From: Paraspadella gotoi
Taxonomy: Eukaryota > Animalia > Chaetognatha
DNA: 43,481 bases
Assembly: GCA_051294375.1 (NCBI GenBank)
Contig: CM119270.1
Span: 1 to 43,481, forward strand
Direction of reading: 5' to 3'
The notes beneath the pieces are model-generated. The model saw nothing but the letters and a program-made list of their open reading frames with translations, searched no databases and had not been told where the DNA came from. The position numbers and the translations under genes were made by a program. Positions 36,840-43,481 of this stretch are shown here, one piece after another; position 1 is the first letter of the stretch, and every line of letters begins with the position of its first letter.

Positions 36840-38088
36840 TCCTTTTCGTCCTTTTTTCCTTTCAGTCCTTTTTTCCTTTCAGACCTTTTTTCCTTTCAGA
36901 CGTTTTTTCCTTTCAGACCTTTTTTCTTTTAAGACCTTTTTTTCCTTTCAGTCCTTTTTTACTTTTAGTCCTTTTTTAATTTCAGTCCTTTTTTCCTTTA
37001 AGACCTTTTTTCCTTTCAGACCTTTTTTCTTTTCGGTCCTTTTTTTCTTTTCAGTCCTTTTTTTACTTTCAGTCCTTTTTTCCTTTCAGACATTATTTTC
37101 CTTTGAGACTTTTTTAATTTCAGTCTTTTTTTTTAATTTCAGTCTTTTTTTCCTTTCAGACCTTTTTTCCTTTCAGTCCTTTTTTCCTTTCAGACCTTTT
37201 TTACTTTCAGTTCTTTTTTCCTTTTCGTCCTTTTTTACTTTCAGTCCTTTTTTCCTTTCATTTCTTTTTTAATTTCAGACCTTGTATTCTTTCAGTCCTT
37301 TTTTAATTTCAGTCATTTTTTTAATTTCAGTCTTTTTTTCCTTTCAGACCTTTTTTCCTTTCAGAACTTTTTTCCTTTCAGTCCTTTTTTCCTTTCAAAC
37401 CTTTTTTCCTTTTAGTCCTTTTTTACTTTCAGTCTTTTTTTCCTTTCAGTTCTTTTTTTCTTTCAGACCTTTTTTCCTTTCAGTTCTTTTTTACTTTCAG
37501 TCTTTTTTCCCCTTCAGACCTTTTTTCCTTTCAGTCCTTTTTTCCTTTCAGTCCTTTTTTCCTTTTAGTCCTTTTTTACTTTCAGTCCTTTTTTCCTTTC
37601 AGACCTTTTTTAATTTCAGTCCTTTTTTCCTTTCACTTTCAGACCTTTTTTCTTTTCAGACCTTTTTTCCTTTCAGTCCTTTTTTTCTTTCAGTCCTTTT
37701 TTCCTTTCAGTCCTTTTTTCCTTTCAGACCTTTTTTCCTTTTAGTCCTTTTTTACTTTGTCTTTTTTTCCTTTCAGTCGTTTTTTCCTTTCAGTCATTTT
37801 TTTCTTTCAGACCTTTTTTCCTTTCAGTCCTTTTTTACTTTCAGTCTTTTTTTTCCTTCAGACCTTTTTTCCTTTCAGTTCTTTTTTCCTTTTAGTCATT
37901 TTTTACTTTCAGTCCTTTTTTCTTTTCAGACCTTTTTTAATTTCAGTCCTTTTTTATTTTCAGTCCTTTTTTCCTTTCAGTCATTTTTTCCTCTCAGTCC
38001 TTTTTTCCTTTCAGACCTTTTTTCCTTTCATTCTTTTTTTCTTTTCAGACCTTATTTTCCTTTTAGTCCTTTTTTACTTTCAGTCTTT
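36840..38088. repeat. 17-bp satellite (TTTCAGTCCTTTTTTCC)n; second array at 39680-40712
   Basis: About 70 units; explains the F/S-rich pseudo-ORFs. Confidence 0.97.
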
Positions 38089-39235
38089 TTAGTCGGATCT
38101 GCTTATCAGACAGATCCCGACTCTATAATTCACTTTGTTCGGTCCGTCGGTCCGCCCCCTCAAATATTGTCGGGCACACACTCTATATCATGTAGAACAT
38201 CTGAATTATTGATAAATTTATGCAACTAAAAAAAATTATGTCCGTCCGTACCGTCCCCCGTCCCGTCCGTCCGTCCCACCTTAGCAAAAAACACCAATTA
38301 CCGTATTGATGGATGGATTGAATGAAATTTGTTGTGGATAGGTAAGATGTGTCAGATGAGCTGGATATAAAGTTTCGATGGAATCGTCCGCCGAGTAGGA
38401 AATGAGTTTAAATGGGAAAAAAACAAAAAAAAATATATTCACTATATTGAAACCCAATTGCTCATTGAGTGGATGGGGCGATTGGCCTGGAATTTTATAT
38501 GTGGTAGGAAGTGTGTAATTGTGTGATTGAACAGGAAATCAAGTTTCGATGTGAAATAGTTTGAGTGGAAATGAGTTTAAAATAGAAAAAAAACAAAAAA
38601 ACCGTTCACTAATTGATTGTGCTTCTTTTTCCTTTAATAATAAATGTATATGCCAGAGTTGTATTAATAAATCAAATAATAATCATTTAATTATTAATCA
38701 ATTAGTAAATAAATTAATCAAAATTTAATTAATTAGTCAATCAATCCGTCCATCCGTCCCACCTTAGCAAAAAGCTCCAATAACTCGTGATTGGCTGGTG
38801 TTGGATGTGGTAGAGATGAAGTGTTGGTAGGAAAGTGTGTGTGATGAAAGCTGGATATAAATGTTTCGATTCCGGAATGGAATCCGTGCGGAGTGGAAAT
38901 GAGTAAATGCGAAAAAACAATAAGTCGCATTATCACTAAAATCTTCTTTACTTATTTTAACCAATAAAATTACTCTAATTAATCATAATTGGATGGATAG
39001 ATTGAGTTGAAATTTTGTGTCCTGTGTGGGTAGGAAAATGTGTGACGAAGCTTGATATAAAGTTCGGTGGAAAACGTGAACCAGTGGAAATGAGTGTTTA
39101 AATGAAAAAAAATTCGAAGTCCACATCTTACTTGGAATCTTTGAATTTATTTTCAACCCATGATAGATTGAGATGAAATTTTGTGAGCCGTTAGGTAAGT
39201 TAGTGAAGAAGCTAGATATAAAGTTTTGACGGAAT
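38086..39235 (+). mobile_element. HINE-like element (family A), 5' and internal part
   Basis: TTTTTAGTCGGATCTGCTTATCAGACAGATCCCGAC start; collinear with the 22506 copy. Confidence 0.75.
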
Positions 39236-39322
39236 GCAAGTTGAAAAAATGATGCAAGTTGAAAAAATGATGCAAGTTAAAAAAATCTTAAAAGCATAAG
39301 GATCGTCGCAATTGCATAAAAG

Positions 39323-39355
<33 letters not shown>

Positions 39356-40709
39356 TGAGAGTGTAGAGAAGTTTCCGTCTCTCTTCGCCGCTCCAAGTAA
39401 TATCAGTTGGTCCAGGAAAGGCTCGGCTAAATACCGCAACCGACAAGGCATCCACTGACTCTATATCATGAGTATAATCTCGAAGACAATGTAAGAGAAA
39501 TCATAGAGTAAATCGAAGTGTAATTCTAAAGAAATGCATCAATAATCCGTCATATAATCCAGTAATAATTCGTTAAAGCCAGTGTAAAATGCCGGTCCAC
39601 AAACTATCTGCGTCCACTGGTTCTACTTCAGAGAGAGAGAGAGAGAGAGAGAGNNNNNNNNNNNNNNNNNNNNNNNNNGACCTTTTTCTTTTCGGTCCTT
39701 TTTTCTTTTTCAGTCCTTCTTTTACTTTCAGTCCTTTTTTTTCCTTTCAGACTTATTTTCTTTTTGAGACTCTTTTTTAATTCATTTTTTTTTTCTAATC
39801 TCAGTCTTTTTCCTTTTCAGACCTTTTCCTTTCAGTCCTTTTTTCCTTTCAGACCTTTTTTTACTTTCAGTTCTTTTTCCGTTTTCGTCCTTTTTTACTT
39901 TCGTCCTTTCCTTTCATTTCTTTTTTTAATTTTCAGACCTTGTATTCTTTCAGTCCTTTTTAATTTCAGTCCATTTAATTTCGTCCTTTTTTTCCTTTCA
40001 GACCCTTCTTTTTCCTTCAAGACTTCCCTTTCAGTCCTTTTTTCTTTCAAACATCCTTTTTTCCTTAGCCTTTTTTACTTTTCGTTCTTTTTTCCTTTCA
40101 TTCTTTTTCTTTCAGACCTTTTCTTTCCTTTCAGTTCTTTTTTACTTTCAGTTCTTTTTTCCCTTCAGACTTTTTCTTCAGTCCTTTTTTCCCTTTCAGT
40201 CCTTTTTTTCCTCCCTTTAGTCCATTTTTTTACCTTTCAGTCCTTTTTTCCTTCAGCCTTTTTTTAATTTCAGTCCTTTTTTTCCTTTCACTTTCAGGAC
40301 CTTTTCTTTTCAGACTCTTTTTCTTTTCAGTCCTTTTTTTCTTTCAGTCTTTTTTCCTTCAGTCCTTTTTTCCTTCTCAGACCTTTTTTCCTTTTAGTCC
40401 TTTTACTTTGTCTTTTTTTCCTTTCAGTCGTTTTTTTCCTTTCAGTCATTTTTTTCTTCAGACCTTTTTTCCTTTCAGTTCCTTTTTTACTTCAGTCTTT
40501 TTTTCAGACCTTTTTCCTCAGTTCTTTTCCTTTTTAGTCATTTTTACTTCAGTCCTTTTCTTATTCAGACTCTTTTAATTCCAGTCTTATTTCTCAGTCC
40601 TTTTCTTTCAGTCATTTTCATCTCCAGTCCCTTTCTTTCCTTCAGGACCTTTTTTCCTTTCATTCTTTTTTCTTTCAGACCTTTTCTTTTGTCCTTTTTT
40701 ACTTTCAGT

Positions 40710-42625
40710 TTTCAGTCGGAATCGCCCTTATCAGAGATCCCGACTCTATATTCACTTGTGCGGCCTCCGTCGGTCGCCCCTCAAATATTTGTCGGGCAAC
40801 TAATCCTATATCATGTCTTAGAACATCGAATTATGATAAATTATTGCAACAAAAAAATTCATGTCCGTCCCCGGTCGTCCCGTCGTCCGCCCCGTCCCCG
40901 TCCGTCCGTCCGTCCCCTTACGTAACAAACACAATACCGTGATTGATGATGGATTGAATGAAATTTGTTGTGGAATATCGGGCTTAAGTGTGTGCACTTG
41001 GCTGGATATGAAGTTTCGACTGAATCTGTCCGAGTGGAAATGGTTTAAATGGAAAAACAAAAAAAATATATATTCACTATTGAAACCATGCTTCATTGAG
41101 TGGATATAGAGCGTTGCCTGGAATTTATTATGTGGGTAGGGAAGTGTGTCATGAACGGAAAATCAAGTTCGATGGCTGGAATAGTTTTTGAGGTGGAATG
41201 AAGTTTAAATGGAAAAAAAACAAAAAACAAAAAACACCGTTTCCACTTAATTGATGTGCTTCTTTCCTTTTAATAATAAATGTATATGCCAGGATGTATT
41301 AATAAACAATAATCATTAAGTTCAATCAATTAGTAATAAATTAATCATAAATTAATTAATTAGTCAATCATCCGCCATCCCGTCCCACTTTAGCACAAAA
41401 AGGTCCAATAACCGGTGATGGCTGGTTGGATTGGATAGGATGTGTGGGTAGGCCAAGCTGTGTGATGAAGTGGATATAAGAGTTTCGATGGAATCGACCC
41501 TCGCTTAGTGTCGGGAGTGGAATGAGTCTTAAATGACAAAAAAAACAAAAAACACAAAAATAACAGCAGTCGCATTTACTCAAAAATCTTTCTTACTTAT
41601 TTTCACACAATATAAATTCTCTACATTAATCATAATTGGATGGAATATGATGAGTTGAAATTGACCTGTCTGTGGGTAGGAAAACGTATGACGAAGCTGA
41701 ATATTAAATTCAGTGGAAAACGTACAGTGAAATGAGTTTTTTAAATGAAAACAATATGGTCCACATTTACTGAATCTTTGATTTATTTTAACCCATGATA
41801 GACTTGAGATGTGAAATTTTGGAGCCGTTAGCCGGGTAAGTTAGTGAAGAGAGTAAATAAAGTTTTTTGACGGAATGCAAGTTGAAAAAATGATGCAGTT
41901 GAAAAAATGATGCAAGTTAAAAAATCTTTAAAAGATATAGGATTCGTCGCAATTGCATAAAAAGAGAGAGAGAGAGGAGAGAGAGAAAGAGAGAGACGTC
42001 GCACCGCCCAGCTGTAGACGAAGTTCGTCTCTCTTCGCGTAGTAATATTAGTTGGTCCCAGGGAAAGGCCTCGGCTAAATACCGAACGACAAGATCCACT
42101 GACTCTATATATGAGTATAATCCTCGAAGAAATGTAGAGAATCACTAGAGTATCGAAGTGTCAATTCTAAAAGAAATGCTATCAATATCCGTATATAATC
42201 CAGTAATAATTCGGTTAAAGCCAGTGTTAAAATGCCGGTTCCACAAAACTTCTCTCCCTGGTCTATTCAGAGAAGAGATGAGAGAGAGATGAGGATCGAA
42301 TGTGGAAGGAGGAGGAGAAAAAAAAGAGGAGAGGATGAATGACGATGAGAGAGAGTGAGAGAGAGAGGAAGAAGAGAGAGGAGAATAATTAACAACTAGA
42401 GGAATTTGTTGTTTTGAATAAAATGTAAAACAAAACATTAATAACTGTTCCTGACTCATATTTAAGGAATCGATTAGATGACAAGCTTTGGAATATAAAA
42501 TTATCTAATTAATTCATTAAATTAATTTAATATAATTAATTAATAATTAATCGACTTAATTAATTAAATTAATTAATTATCGTAGGCAGATCCGAATGTT
42601 GAGACATTGTTTGCTCAAACTTGTT
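40710..42625 (+). mobile_element. HINE-like element (family A), indel-rich duplicate, with a 3' end at 42578-42625
   Basis: Duplicate of 38086-39650. The 3' end GGCAGATCCGA..TGTTTGCTCAAACTTGTT is followed by another TTTCAGTCC satellite unit. Confidence 0.6.
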
Positions 42626-42830
42626 TTCCTTTCAGTCCTTCTTTATTCAAGGTTTTTGTTGGCAGAATATATTTCTATACATTTCATAATTAGACTAATT
42701 AAACTTGAGTAGAAATCTGGTGTTATAAAAAAATCATGAAAACATATAATAGTTTAAATATAAAGAAAAATATTCAATTAACCAAAATCTTTGAGAATCT
42801 GTCTTCATAAAAATTTTCAATCAAAAGTCA

Positions 42831-43051
42831 TGGTAATTATCTTTTCTTTTTTCGTTGGTTGAGAGATTAACAAAGTTTGATTTTATTTTTGCAACGAATT
42901 TTATTGTTACAAGAGCAGACATGTTTCGGCTCACAGTACGAGCCTTCATCAGCGCATATGAGTTGATGAAGGCTCGTACTGTGAGCCGAAACATGTCTGC
43001 TCTTGTAAGTTGTAACAATAAAATTCGTTGCAAAAATAAAATCAAACTTTG
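42831..43051. mobile_element. Penelope-like end forming a fold-back centred next to the hammerhead
   Basis: Arms 42870-42951 and 42963-43052; 14-bp flanking duplication TCAATCAAAAGTCA at 42817-42830 and 43052-43065. Confidence 0.8.
42915..42955 (-). ncRNA. Minimal type I hammerhead ribozyme (inverted copy lacking C3 at 42963-43000, +)
   Basis: Minus strand reads gcg-CTGATGA-a-GGCTC gtactgt GAGCC-GAAA-CATGTC-tgc. Confidence 0.88.
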
Positions 43052-43481
43052 TCAATCAAAAGTCAAATTAAATCAGGAATAGATTTAGAAAACGAGAAAC
43101 TAATAACACTTTAATTGCTGCGTTTTACTTGTTTCTCTCTCGCTCTCCTCCTCATCTGCTCTTTCTTGCTATTTCTCTCTTCTCTTCTCTCTCTCTCTCT
43201 TCGTCTCTCTTCTCTCTCTCATTATATACTTATTATTATATATATAATGTTAGTCACTGGTGCCCACTAATGTATGAAATTATTTTTCACGTTTTATATC
43301 CTAAGTTTTAATTGTCTAAAATTTTATGCATTTTCACATATTGTATGACCTAACTCTACTTTGATACAGACCTAGTCTCTCTCTCCCTCTCTCTCTCTTC
43401 TGCTCCTCTCTCTCTCTGCATGTCCATTGGCTATAGCTCAGAAGCCTGCGTATCAAGCGCAAGGCCTCCCGGTGGGCAGCC

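Noticed and set aside
36811-38229. Long F/S-rich ORFs (153 and 315 aa)
   Set aside because: Translations of the stop-free 17-bp satellite.
37000-42300. Biological significance of the ~2.6-kb tandem duplication (also 34125-35420)
   Set aside because: The copies meet at N gaps and differ mainly by scattered small indels, typical of unpolished long-read gap filling or uncollapsed haplotypes.

Overview
Repeat-rich, AT-rich eukaryotic DNA, probably from an invertebrate animal, in a gapped draft assembly. I reconstructed two spliced genes by hand; the ORF track shows only fragments of each. The first is a 10-exon secreted nucleotide pyrophosphatase/phosphodiesterase (ENPP family, + strand, 11851-16651, 432 aa) with several metal-ligand positions substituted. 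The second is a 5-exon gene (- strand, 26148-28300, 241 aa) for a small DMT_6/DUF486-type membrane protein, a mainly bacterial family, so it is a candidate domesticated horizontal transfer. The rest is mostly mobile DNA: two miniature Gypsy-type LTR elements that keep only the integrase tail, Penelope-like retroelement ends with minimal hammerhead ribozymes and inverted 5' copies, a tRNA-containing TG..CA element with a 4-bp TSD (Helenus-like), DINE-1/HINE-like Helentron derivatives, minisatellites and microsatellites. Most listed ORFs are low-complexity artefacts. All family assignments come from motif recognition by eye, not database searches.
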